DNA of 19,638 nucleotides from a virus (Duplodnaviria; Heunggongvirae; Uroviricota; Caudoviricetes): IMG/VR virus record IMGVR_UViG_2778261223_000002; one strand, 5' to 3'. Shown piece by piece: positions 1 to 7,032 of this stretch (position 1 is its first letter; each line of letters starts with the position of its first letter). The notes under the pieces were generated by a model. It saw only the letters and a program-made list of their open reading frames with translations, ran no database searches and was not told where the DNA came from. The position numbers and the translations under genes were made by a program.

Positions 1-51
1 CGTTTTTTAATGCACGCGAGAAATTCGGGTGTCCTGAAGTGGAAAGCATGA

Positions 52-417
52 ATGACTGAACGCATAGAATTTGTTTTACCTTACCCGCCGACGGTGAATA
101 CCTACTGGCGACGTCATGGCAATACGTATTTCATCTCGGAGGCCGGAAAGCGTTATCGCCATGATGTGGCGCTAATTGTTCGCCAGCAGCGGTTGAAATT
201 AAACCTGTCCGGAAGGCTGGCGATAAAGATTATTGCGGAGCCACCGGATAAGCTCCGCCGCGACCTGGACAATATCCTGAAGGCACCACTGGATGCGCTG
301 ACGCATGCCGGACTACTTATAGACGACGAGCAGTTTGATGAAATCAATATTGTGCGCGGTCAGCTCGTTCCTGGTGGGCGGCTGGGGATAAAAATCACAG
401 AATTGGAGTGCGCATGA
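52..417 (+). CDS. rusA: Holliday junction resolvase RusA (crossover junction endodeoxyribonuclease)
   Basis: 121 aa ORF; length and motifs (PYPPTVNTYW, RRDLDNILKAPLDAL, DDEQ) match the RusA family; sits immediately upstream of Q as in lambdoid nin regions. Confidence 0.85.
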   Translation: MTERIEFVLPYPPTVNTYWRRHGNTYFISEAGKRYRHDVALIVRQQRLKLNLSGRLAIKIIAEPPDKLRRDLDNILKAPLDALTHAGLLIDDEQFDEINIVRGQLVPGGRLGIKITELECA

Positions 418-1082
418 ATAACCAGTATTTACAGTTTGTGCGCGAGCAGCTCATTATCGCCACCGCTGATTTGAGTGGGGCAACAAAAGGTCAGCTTGAA
501 GCCTGGCAAGAGAATGCCATGTTCGATACAGGGCGTTACAGGCGAAAAAAAATCCGGTACCGCGATGAAGTGACTGGAAAAATGATAACGCGGGATTATC
601 CACCAATCCCGGGAAAGCAATCGCTGGCGAAGGGGACGTCAATTCCTCTGGTCAGTCCGGTTGAGTTTTCGACATCATCGTGGCGGCGGGCTGTTCTGTC
701 TCTTGAAGAACATCATAAAGCCTGGTTGTTGTGGTGTTACAGCGGGAGTATTTGTTGGGAATATCAGATCGCGATAACACAGTGGGCGTGGAATGAATTT
801 AATACTCAATCCGGTACCAGAAAAATTGCAGGGAAAACGCAGGAACGCCTGAAAAAATTAATCTGGCTGGCGGCGCAGGCAGTAAAAGCAGAACTTTTTG
901 GTGGGGAAGGTTATGAATACCAGGAGCTGGCATTACTGGCGGGAGTGACAACTAAAAACTGGTCCAAAACATTTACTGGTCACTGGGTTGCAATGAAACA
1001 CACTTTTCATCGGCTGGATAGTGAGGCTTTATTGTTCGTGACGAGAACACGTTCAAAACAAAAGGCGGCATTTTCACTGTAA
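414..1082 (+). CDS. Late-gene antitermination protein Q (lambdoid Q family, not lambda-Q type)
   Basis: ORF 408..1082 overlaps the rusA stop; ATG at 414 has GGAG 6 nt upstream (GTG at 408 is the alternative). Directly followed by a strong sigma70 promoter and short-transcript terminator (pR'/tR' arrangement). Family assignment is from position and recollection, not a search. Confidence 0.6.
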   Translation: MNNQYLQFVREQLIIATADLSGATKGQLEAWQENAMFDTGRYRRKKIRYRDEVTGKMITRDYPPIPGKQSLAKGTSIPLVSPVEFSTSSWRRAVLSLEEHHKAWLLWCYSGSICWEYQIAITQWAWNEFNTQSGTRKIAGKTQERLKKLIWLAAQAVKAELFGGEGYEYQELALLAGVTTKNWSKTFTGHWVAMKHTFHRLDSEALLFVTRTRSKQKAAFSL

Positions 1083-1086
1083 AGTA

Positions 1087-1115
1087 TTGCAAAAGTAGAT
1101 TAAAAGGCATATATT
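1087..1115 (+). promoter_or_regulatory. Late promoter pR'-like (TTGCAA-N17-TATATT)
   Basis: -35 TTGCAA at 1087-1092, 17-nt spacer, -10 TATATT at 1110-1115, immediately downstream of Q and upstream of a strong terminator. Confidence 0.5.
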
Positions 1116-1167
1116 TCGTGCATATTTGATATTTTGCTGATTTTGTACGCGATGGCAAAGAATATAA

Positions 1168-1192
1168 AACCCGCCTCCGAGCGGGTTTTTTT
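1168..1192 (+). terminator. Intrinsic terminator tR'-like
   Basis: Hairpin ACCCGC-CTCCGA-GCGGGT followed by a 7-T tract, about 50-70 nt downstream of the pR'-like promoter, as for the lambda 6S RNA terminator. Confidence 0.7.
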
Positions 1193-1607
1193 ATGCCCGA
1201 AAAGCGGTACATTAAACACGCTGGTGGTTGCGAATACTGGTCTTTCAGCTTGCTGGCTTTTTCGACAAGAGTTATTGGTATGTCACGTTAACCAGAACAG
1301 GGAAAAGGCATGCTAAAACAGTAGGACATGGCCGAAACCGCCAGAGTGGTATTTAATGAATTAAGCATCACCGAACCGGCGACAGTCGGGGAATTGCGCA
1401 GAATACTTACCTTTCACGCGAACGCTGCCAGTTAATACGGACCCGGCTTGTGATGGTGGGTATGGCAGGTTATCCTTTTTATTTGTGGTAAATGGGCGGC
1501 TTGTGGGTGTTAGCGGCACCAGCCAGTCATTTGCTTATGTGTTGATGAGAATTTACCTCTTTGGGATATAATTGAGCTAACCTTTTGCTAATTAGAGTAA
1601 AATTATA

Positions 1608-2321
1608 ATGGCTGTTGTCTGTTCAGTTATCATGGTTTGCTCCCCAATTAATATTTTTCTTGAAAAGGATACGTTGTCACTTAAGCCCGGCTCAGTTGTT
1701 TTGGCCACCAAATGCATCAGGGAGCTTTTCCTTATGCATTATGGCAAAGTTAAAATTGTCGATATAAACCATTCTATAGTAAGTCAATATCTGGAAAGTC
1801 AGCATAAGCTGACAAGAACTCCTCTGACTGACATTCCGCTTTACTTGTCGCAGGAACCCAACAATCCTGCGTTGGCTGTGGCTTTAATTACCAGCCAGAG
1901 ACTTTCCGGAGAGACCACGGACATGTTTCTTATGATGGCCTGCCTGTCGTTGTTTGAATCAGATGAACGGATGTTATTATTTTTAAGTGGATGTTTATCC
2001 AGTATAAGTGCCAAAGTCAGAGCGATAATTCAAACAGATATATCAGCAAGCTGGACGCTTGGTGCGATTGCTCTACAGTTGCATATGAGTGAGAGCTTGT
2101 TAAAGAAAAAACTCAAGGATGAAGGTCTCAGGTTCAGTAATTTGTTACTTGAGGAACGGATGCGGGTTGCTGTAAATATGTTATGCTCCCGGCATGGATA
2201 TGGACAGGCTGTAGCAGAAAAATGCGGTTATTCAAGTAGATCCTACTTTATCTCTGTATTTCACCGCTATTATGGCTTCCCGCCAGACAGATATGTATCT
2301 ATGCAAGGGCTTGATTTTTGA
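1608..2321 (+). CDS. AraC-family transcriptional regulator, AppY/PatE-like
   Basis: 237 aa; C-terminal AraC-type HTH (LKKKLKDEGLRFSNLLLEERMRVAVNML ... GYSSRSYFISVFHRYYGFPP); N-terminus MAVVCSVIMVCS ... KVKIVDI resembles recollected AppY (MDYVCSVVFICQ ... KLRIVDI). Possible promoter TTGATG(1542)-N19-TATAAT(1567). Confidence 0.75.
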   Translation: MAVVCSVIMVCSPINIFLEKDTLSLKPGSVVLATKCIRELFLMHYGKVKIVDINHSIVSQYLESQHKLTRTPLTDIPLYLSQEPNNPALAVALITSQRLSGETTDMFLMMACLSLFESDERMLLFLSGCLSSISAKVRAIIQTDISASWTLGAIALQLHMSESLLKKKLKDEGLRFSNLLLEERMRVAVNMLCSRHGYGQAVAEKCGYSSRSYFISVFHRYYGFPPDRYVSMQGLDF

Positions 2322-2347
2322 TTTAATCTGATTATTATTTTCGGCCC

Positions 2348-2423
2348 GGCCCTTTAGCTCAGTGGTGAGAGCGAGCGACTCATAATCGCCAGGTCGCTGG
2401 TTCGAATCCAGCAAGGGCCACCA
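2348..2423 (+). tRNA. tRNA with CAT anticodon, most likely tRNA-Ile2 (lysidine, ileX/ileZ-like) rather than elongator Met
   Basis: 76 nt cloverleaf: acceptor GGCCCTT/AAGGGCC, D arm GCTC-AGTGGTGA-GAGC, anticodon loop CTCATAA, T arm GCTGG-TTCGAAT-CCAGC, encoded ACCA. C4:G69 and C5:G68 pairs are consistent with TilS substrates. Confidence 0.8.
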
Positions 2424-2424
2424 A

Positions 2425-2501
2425 CCGCCACCAGTTCACCAAGAAAGAGTGTTAACCCTTTAAGTTGAGTGTGCGAGGTTCGAGTCCTCGGTGGCGGTCC
2501 A
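2425..2501 (+). tRNA. Non-canonical tRNA-like gene X, Lys(UUU)-like anticodon loop with C33
   Basis: 77 nt: acceptor CCGCCAC/GTGGCGG (perfect 7 bp, C1:G72), D stem GTTC/GAGT (two G-U pairs) with D loop ACCAAGAAA lacking G18G19, anticodon stem TTAAC/GTTGA with loop CCTTTAA, T arm CGAGG-TTCGAGT-CCTCG, discriminator T, encoded CCA. Paralogous to element Y at 3303-3384. Confidence 0.5.
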
Positions 2502-2503
2502 GT

Positions 2504-2580
<77 letters not shown>

Positions 2581-2583
2581 TAT

Positions 2584-2658
<75 letters not shown>

Positions 2659-3018
2659 GAAAAACAAATGAGGTATAGGTTTTTCAGCACTGGCGTTTTT
2701 TTCGCGGGGAAAGGTCTCGTATATCCTTTATCGCTCTCCCGAATTATAACGGAGACCAGTTATGATTTCGGTGCTGTGTTTTTTGACGCTATCGGAATAG
2801 TGCATTATTGGTGGGATTTTTGATATTTCCTGGCAGGGGCTGATTATGCACTATCCCGATGTTGTTAACATCACAAAATGAGGTGAACTCCATGTGCGGG
2901 GTGGTTTAAGTAGTTTAGCCGGGAAACTACAGTATCTGATGGAATGTCAGGTATTTCGGGAGGCACCCGACACCTCACTTGTATTATAATAATACTCTTC
3001 AGCACTTACTGATTTGAC

Positions 3019-3045
3019 CACCGCCTTAGCAGGCGGTTTTTTTTT
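3019..3045 (+). terminator. Intrinsic terminator
   Basis: Hairpin CCGCCT-TAGC-AGGCGG followed by 9 T. Confidence 0.6.
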
Positions 3046-3217
3046 GGTAATTTGCAGAATTGCATGCTGAATAAGCACTGCATCGTTAAAATTATAACTA
3101 ATTCCGAATATGCTGTGCTTGCTTATTGTTGGTTTGCTTACATTTTTGTATCTTGCTGCACCGCAGGATTCCCCTGTAACGACGATTGTATGATGAATCA
3201 TTTAAACTTTGTAATTT

Positions 3218-3249
3218 GCCAGCCAGTCTCTGGTGGCTGGCTTTTTTTT
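3218..3249 (+). terminator. Intrinsic terminator
   Basis: Hairpin GCCAGCC ... GGCTGGC followed by 8 T. Confidence 0.6.
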
Positions 3250-3302
3250 GCAAGGTGTTCCAGTAATTCTGTCGTCAGGCTGGATTCCCACATAACACAA
3301 AA

Positions 3303-3384
3303 CCGTCACTAACTCATCGGGTAAGAGTGCATAACACGTATTGTTGTTTTGTGGTGCGGGGTTCGAGTCCCCGGTGACGGTCCA
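3303..3384 (+). tRNA. Non-canonical tRNA-like gene Y, Tyr(GUA)-like anticodon loop with C33 and U37
   Basis: 82 nt: acceptor CCGTCAC/GTGACGG (perfect 7 bp), U8 A9, D arm ACTC-ATCGGGTAA-GAGT, best anticodon stem ATAAC/GTTGT with loop ACGTATT, 9-nt variable region, T arm CGGGG-TTCGAGT-CCCCG, discriminator T, CCA. Stem differences relative to X are compensatory. Confidence 0.45.
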
Positions 3385-3410
3385 TTTGTAACGGTAAATA
3401 TACTTTTAAC

Positions 3411-3433
3411 AGGCTCGCTTCGGCGAGCTTTTT
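3411..3433 (+). terminator. Intrinsic terminator after tRNA-like Y
   Basis: Hairpin GCTCGC-TTCG-GCGAGC (UUCG tetraloop) followed by 5 T. Confidence 0.6.
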
Positions 3434-3754
3434 GTATGAGTTCAACCAGGTTTATATTGGCGAAAAAAGGGCGCGGCTGTCGGATTAAAGCCGCGGGACA
3501 AAGTCCATGAAGAAGAATAAGCATCTCTCTCCTCCAGAGAGACGTATTTATATTACTAAGCATTAAAAATGGTTTAAATCCTCAGATTAACCTTAATTTC
3601 AGGTAAGTCTTATTTCATTTCTTTGCGTCACGCCCGGCGCACATCAAAAACCACAGAGCCTTTCAGGGGTGAGCTTACGGGATGGTCAGTGTGACTTTCT
3701 CTGTGGGCTGGTCACCCCCAGGCGCAGGCTCACCCACTAAAAGGAAAAGTCACG

Positions 3755-4180
3755 ATGTTTGGTATTTTCAAAAAGAAAACCCGCAAGGCCATTACTGAAG
3801 TAAAGAAAATGGAGAACCGCGATGCGGTGGAGGCGACCGTCTGGGGTGCGTATTCCATTGCTTTTGCTGACGGCACCTGTGATGCGAAAGAAATCGCAGT
3901 GCTGGAGAAAACCATTGCAGCGCTTCCTGCCTTTGCGCCGTTCTCCGGTGAGATTGCACAAATGAGTGCAAATATCCGCGCCCGTTATGAAGCGTCACCG
4001 CGTTCTGCCAATGCCGAAGCCCTTCGTCAGCTGGCTGATGTTGCCGGTACCGATGACGCAGTGAATGTGCTGTGCCTGTGTCTGGATATCGCAGACCAGG
4101 ACGGCATTGCTCCGGAGGAAGAAGCGCAACTCAAGAAAATTGCACAGGCGCTTCAGCTTCCACTGGAGCAGTATCTGTGA
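3755..4180 (+). CDS. TerB-like (tellurite-resistance TerB family) domain protein, first gene of the lysis module; tentative
   Basis: 141 aa, RBS AAGGA upstream; two repeated helical ADG...E motifs (AFADGTCDAKEIAVLEKTIAAL and DIADQDGIAPEEEAQLKKIAQAL) typical of TerB domains; no TM segments. Confidence 0.45.
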   Translation: MFGIFKKKTRKAITEVKKMENRDAVEATVWGAYSIAFADGTCDAKEIAVLEKTIAALPAFAPFSGEIAQMSANIRARYEASPRSANAEALRQLADVAGTDDAVNVLCLCLDIADQDGIAPEEEAQLKKIAQALQLPLEQYL

Positions 4181-4329
4181 AAAGTGCGCGCCCTGTACTG
4201 GCTGCCATCCTGCTGTTTCTGGTAGTGGTGGTGGATTTCACCGGACGACTGATGTCGGTGCTGGCAGATGGTGTGCTGGTGGCGATGGCGCTGGTCGTCC
4301 TCCTGCCTTTACTGCGCAAATCTGAATAA
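4177..4329 (+). CDS. Small two-TM membrane protein (about 50 aa), possible holin or antiholin component
   Basis: GTG start overlapping the upstream TGA (translational coupling), GGAG 9 nt upstream; product VKSARPVLAAILLFLVVVVDFTGRLMSVLADGVLVAMALVVLLPLLRKSE is strongly hydrophobic. Not in the ORF track as a separate entry (lies in the 3' part of ORF 4072..4329). Confidence 0.4.
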   Translation: MKSARPVLAAILLFLVVVVDFTGRLMSVLADGVLVAMALVVLLPLLRKSE

Positions 4330-4420
4330 CACCACACAAAAGGCATCTGCGGGTGCCTTTGACGGGGTGTTGTTTTTTACGGGTCGCTGGTGGCCCTTTT
4401 TTATTTACAGGAGAAAAAGT

Positions 4421-4813
4421 ATGTCTGAACCCTTATCCGGTTCCGGCACGGCTGCGGCGCTCGGTGGAGCGACAGTATTCGGGCTGTTTACCGGAACGGA
4501 TTTCGGGATTGTGTTTGGTGCGTTCGCCGGGGCGTTATTTGTGGCAACGATGCCGCAGGCACTTTCAGCCTGGCGTGTGGCGGCGCATTTTCTGGTGTCG
4601 TTCATTATCGGCGTGCTGGGCGCAGAGGTTCTGGCATCCTGGCTGGTAAAGCATACAGGGTTTGACGGTGCACCCGTCGACGCACTGTGTGCAGTGCTGG
4701 TGTCAGTGGTGTCGGTGAAGATTCTCTCGTTCATCCACCAGCAGGATATTGCATCGCTGGTGTCCGGTATGTTCTCCCGCCTGCGGGGTGGAGGAGGCGG
4801 CAATGTTAAGTAA
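4421..4813 (+). CDS. Multi-TM membrane protein, putative holin
   Basis: ATG at 4421 with AGGAG 8 nt upstream (inside track ORF 4268..4813); 131 aa with 3-4 Gly/Ala-rich hydrophobic segments and a charged C-terminus; sits upstream of the endolysin. Confidence 0.5.
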   Translation: MSEPLSGSGTAAALGGATVFGLFTGTDFGIVFGAFAGALFVATMPQALSAWRVAAHFLVSFIIGVLGAEVLASWLVKHTGFDGAPVDALCAVLVSVVSVKILSFIHQQDIASLVSGMFSRLRGGGGGNVK

Positions 4814-5078
4814 CCTTCCCGGATTGCTGAATGTGGCGTTATGCACGGTTATCGTGCTGGCGCTCTTTTTTTATCGTCGCCGTGATTCCAGACATAAACC
4901 GCTGATGTCATGGCTGGCCTGGCTGCTGATGCTGCTGTATGCCTTTGCGCCCCTCAGCTATCTGTGTGGTCGCCCGTTAGCAACGGGCTGGCTGGAAGTG
5001 TTTTTTAATCTGCTGTTCTGCGTGCTGGTGATACGCGCACGCGGGAACGTCACAAAAATCTTTCCATTGTTGAGGTGA
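4803..5078 (+). CDS. Small membrane protein (92 aa), putative holin or antiholin partner
   Basis: ATG at 4803 preceded by GGAGGAGG and overlapping the upstream stop (internal Met of track ORF 4749..5078); 2-3 predicted TM segments. Confidence 0.45.
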   Translation: MLSNLPGLLNVALCTVIVLALFFYRRRDSRHKPLMSWLAWLLMLLYAFAPLSYLCGRPLATGWLEVFFNLLFCVLVIRARGNVTKIFPLLR

Positions 5079-5080
5079 AT

Positions 5081-5458
5081 ATGTCGGGTAAATTCAGATT
5101 CAGTCGTCGGAGCGAGAAAAATCTGGAGGGCGTTAAACCACAGCTGGTTGCTGTCGTTCGCCGTGCGCTGGAGCTGACGGAGGTTGATTTCGGTATTACG
5201 GAAGGCCTGCGCACGAAAGAACGCCAGAAACAGCTGGTTGCAGAAGGCAAGAGCCAGACCATGAACAGCCGCCACCTGACCGGTGATGCGGTGGATGTTG
5301 TGGCCTGGGTTGGCAGCCAGGTGTCATGGGACTGGCCTCTGTACGAGAAAATCGCGCAGGCATTTAAGCAGGCTGCCGCAGAGCTGGGAACTGCCATCGA
5401 ATGGGGCGGGGAGTGGACCAGCCTGAAAGACGGACCGCATTTTCAGTTGAGGCGATAA
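5081..5458 (+). CDS. Endolysin, M15-family metallopeptidase (L-alanyl-D-glutamate peptidase type)
   Basis: About 125 aa, RBS GAGGTG; zinc-ligand-like motifs SRHLTGDAVD and DGPHFQL characteristic of Peptidase_M15 endolysins (T5 Lys-like). Confidence 0.8.
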   Translation: MSGKFRFSRRSEKNLEGVKPQLVAVVRRALELTEVDFGITEGLRTKERQKQLVAEGKSQTMNSRHLTGDAVDVVAWVGSQVSWDWPLYEKIAQAFKQAAAELGTAIEWGGEWTSLKDGPHFQLRR

Positions 5459-5461
5459 CTA

Positions 5462-5494
5462 ATACAAAACCCCGGCAGAGGAACTGTTCGGGGT
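5462..5494 (-). terminator. Probable terminator between convergent endolysin and ais-like genes
   Basis: Imperfect hairpin CCCCGGCAG ... CTGTTCGGGG; on the minus strand it is followed by TTTTGTATT. Confidence 0.35.
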
Positions 5495-5529
5495 TAATGC
5501 AGAAAATATGTTGACTCTTTGAATGATTG

Positions 5530-6105
5530 TTACGCTTTATCGTGAGTCAGTTTTCCGTCAAGAATGAGACGATTGTTTTCGATATGAAGAACCAGTGTTT
5601 CAAGATATTCTGGCTTTAACTTCCACCATTTCATTTTTTTTGCTATTTGTGTCAGGCAATGATTATGGGTGAATATAACGGTAGTTTTATTATCGGATGA
5701 CAATTTGAGTATGTCCTTTGCAGCATCAAGTCCGCATGTTGCAGCCAACGGTATCCGGGAGGCTGCTTTTCCTCCAGAGAAAAAACAGGCTGTCTGCATT
5801 GTCCGTATGGTATCCGTGGAGTAAAGGCTGAATGACGGGAAAGTATTGCTAAATATTTTTCCATAATCATGAGCTTTAATGGCACCATTGACGGTAATTC
5901 CTTTATTGCTTGAGAGACATGCATTTTTGCTTCTGTCACATCGTTCACCGTGACGGATAAGGAAAATTGTCTGGTGTTGTTGATTTATTTTATGCGCCTG
6001 TTTCATATTGATTGTGGTGGGTGTTCTTAAAAAATAAACAAACAAAAGAGTAGTTAAAATCAAAGTGATTAAATAAGTAATTTTCTTTATTTCTCGACGC
6101 TGCAT
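5530..6105 (-). CDS. Ais/PmrG-like histidine-phosphatase-family protein (putative LPS core heptose(II)-phosphate phosphatase), prophage moron
   Basis: Minus-strand ORF 5530..6123 (TTG at 6123, ATG at 6105); N-terminal hydrophobic signal/TM; catalytic RHGERCDRS motif and C-terminal FTHNHCLTQIAK match the recollected E. coli Ais (RHAERCDRS ... FTHNHCLTYIAK); AT-rich gene and flanks. Confidence 0.75.
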   Translation of the reverse strand: MQRREIKKITYLITLILTTLLFVYFLRTPTTINMKQAHKINQQHQTIFLIRHGERCDRSKNACLSSNKGITVNGAIKAHDYGKIFSNTFPSFSLYSTDTIRTMQTACFFSGGKAASRIPLAATCGLDAAKDILKLSSDNKTTVIFTHNHCLTQIAKKMKWWKLKPEYLETLVLHIENNRLILDGKLTHDKA

Positions 6106-6157
6106 ATGAAAAGTCTTTTGCAAAAATAAATGAGATTAAAAAATATATTTCTTAAAT

Positions 6158-6174
6158 ATTAAGAAAATCTTAAC
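6158..6174 (-). promoter_or_regulatory. PmrA(BasR)-box-like direct repeat upstream of the ais-like gene
   Basis: On the minus strand: GTTAAG-ATTTT-CTTAAT (hexamer-N5-hexamer; consensus YTTAAK-N5-YTTAAK), about 52 bp upstream of ATG 6105, with TAATCT/TATATT -10 candidates between. Confidence 0.3.
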
Positions 6175-6351
6175 GCGCAATGTCGTTTGTTGCTTTTATA
6201 ACTTGCAACAGATTGGGTTTTTTGATGTTGAACAATCAGCATTACAGCAGTCCTTCAGTGAGGGGCTGCGATAATGCTGATGTTTAATTGAGCATAAATG
6301 ATAATTTCTCTCATTTTTCATGGGTCCTCCCGGTGGGGTGGCCTTGCCACG

Positions 6352-6363
6352 GGGCGGGAGCGT
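6352..6363. other. cos site (cosN-like) for DNA packaging
   Basis: ACGGGGCGGGAGCGTCGCGG aligns base-for-base in length with lambda cosN context ACGGGGCGGCGACCTCGCGG, about 185 bp upstream of the Nu1-like gene, followed by an A/T-rich cosB-like stretch. Confidence 0.45.
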
Positions 6364-6537
6364 CGCGGAAAAAGGCTAGTTTTTGAAATTTTATCCGTCA
6401 TCACCACCACTATAATTAATTGATATTACAGCTGTTTTATTTTCATGGTGTCGATCTTGATTGTTTTTTGTTCATCACTGACACCGTTTGCCTAAAGTTG
6501 TTTGCAAGATGCATGTTTAAAACATTCTGGAGCGGGT

Positions 6538-7032
6538 ATGGATCGAGAGTTAAAAAATCTGACGCTGAATATCAGTCAACTGGCGGCACTGTCAGGTGTA
6601 CATCGCCAGACTGCTGCGGCAAGGCTGCAAAATCTACCCGTTGCAGGGGGGCATGAAAGCAACCTCAAGCTTTATCGGGTGGTTGATATTGTGTCGGCAT
6701 TTCTGGCATTACCTCCGCCGGTTGCAGAAGGCGAAATGGACGCGCATGAGCGCAAAGCCTGGTATCAGTCTGAACGTGAGCGTCTTAAGTTCGAACAGGA
6801 AACGGCACAACTCATTCCGGCCAGTGATGTCAGACGGGAGTTTGCCATCTGGGCAAAAGCGGTCGTGCAGGTGCTGGAGACATTACCGGATATTCTTGAA
6901 CGTGACTGCGGTCTGCAGCCTGCCGCTGTGAGCCGTGTTCAGTCCATTATTGATGATCTGCGCGATCAGATAGCCCTGCGGGTGACTGAAGCAGGTGCGG
7001 ATGATGAGGAGGAATTACAGCAGGAGGAGTAA
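6538..7032 (+). CDS. Terminase small subunit (lambda Nu1-like)
   Basis: ATG 6538 with GGAG upstream (internal Met of ORF 6502..7032); N-terminal HTH-like LTLNISQLAALSGVHRQT comparable to Nu1; stop overlaps the terminase large subunit start (TAATG). Confidence 0.75.
   Translation: MDRELKNLTLNISQLAALSGVHRQTAAARLQNLPVAGGHESNLKLYRVVDIVSAFLALPPPVAEGEMDAHERKAWYQSERERLKFEQETAQLIPASDVRREFAIWAKAVVQVLETLPDILERDCGLQPAAVSRVQSIIDDLRDQIALRVTEAGADDEEELQQEE

Noticed and set aside
1328-1435. 35-aa ORF (MAETARVVFNELSITEPATVGELRRILTFHANAAS) just downstream of tR'
   Set aside because: Only an AGGA immediately adjacent to the ATG (spacing too short); no recognisable motif. Cannot be supported without expression data.
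2425-2501. tRNA-like X as a duplicated attachment-site core (3' tRNA fragment repeat)
   Set aside because: X and Y are not identical repeats; they differ by compensatory stem substitutions and each has a complete cloverleaf, so they look like intact paralogous genes rather than att remnants.
2947-3201. 84-aa minus-strand ORF
   Set aside because: Its lysine-rich stretch is just the complement of the terminator T tract; no RBS, and no support from context.
3052-3312. 86-aa Cys-rich ORF (MQNCMLNKHC...) on the + strand
   Set aside because: It reads straight through a strong intrinsic terminator (3218-3249) and ends inside tRNA-like Y; no RBS. More likely non-coding RNA sequence than a protein.
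2660-3750. Shiga toxin or other toxin cargo expected between the tRNA cluster and the lysis genes
   Set aside because: No ORF with an A/B toxin-like size or signal peptide is present; the region is dominated by RNA-like elements.
5459-5529. Rz/Rz1 spanin genes after the endolysin
   Set aside because: Only about 70 bp separate the endolysin stop from the convergent ais-like gene; no embedded or following lipoprotein or coiled-coil ORF was found there.
6420-6931. Overlapping ORFs 6420..6656 and 6596..6931 around the terminase small subunit gene
   Set aside because: Alternative frames overlapping the Nu1-like gene; no RBS and no plausible product.
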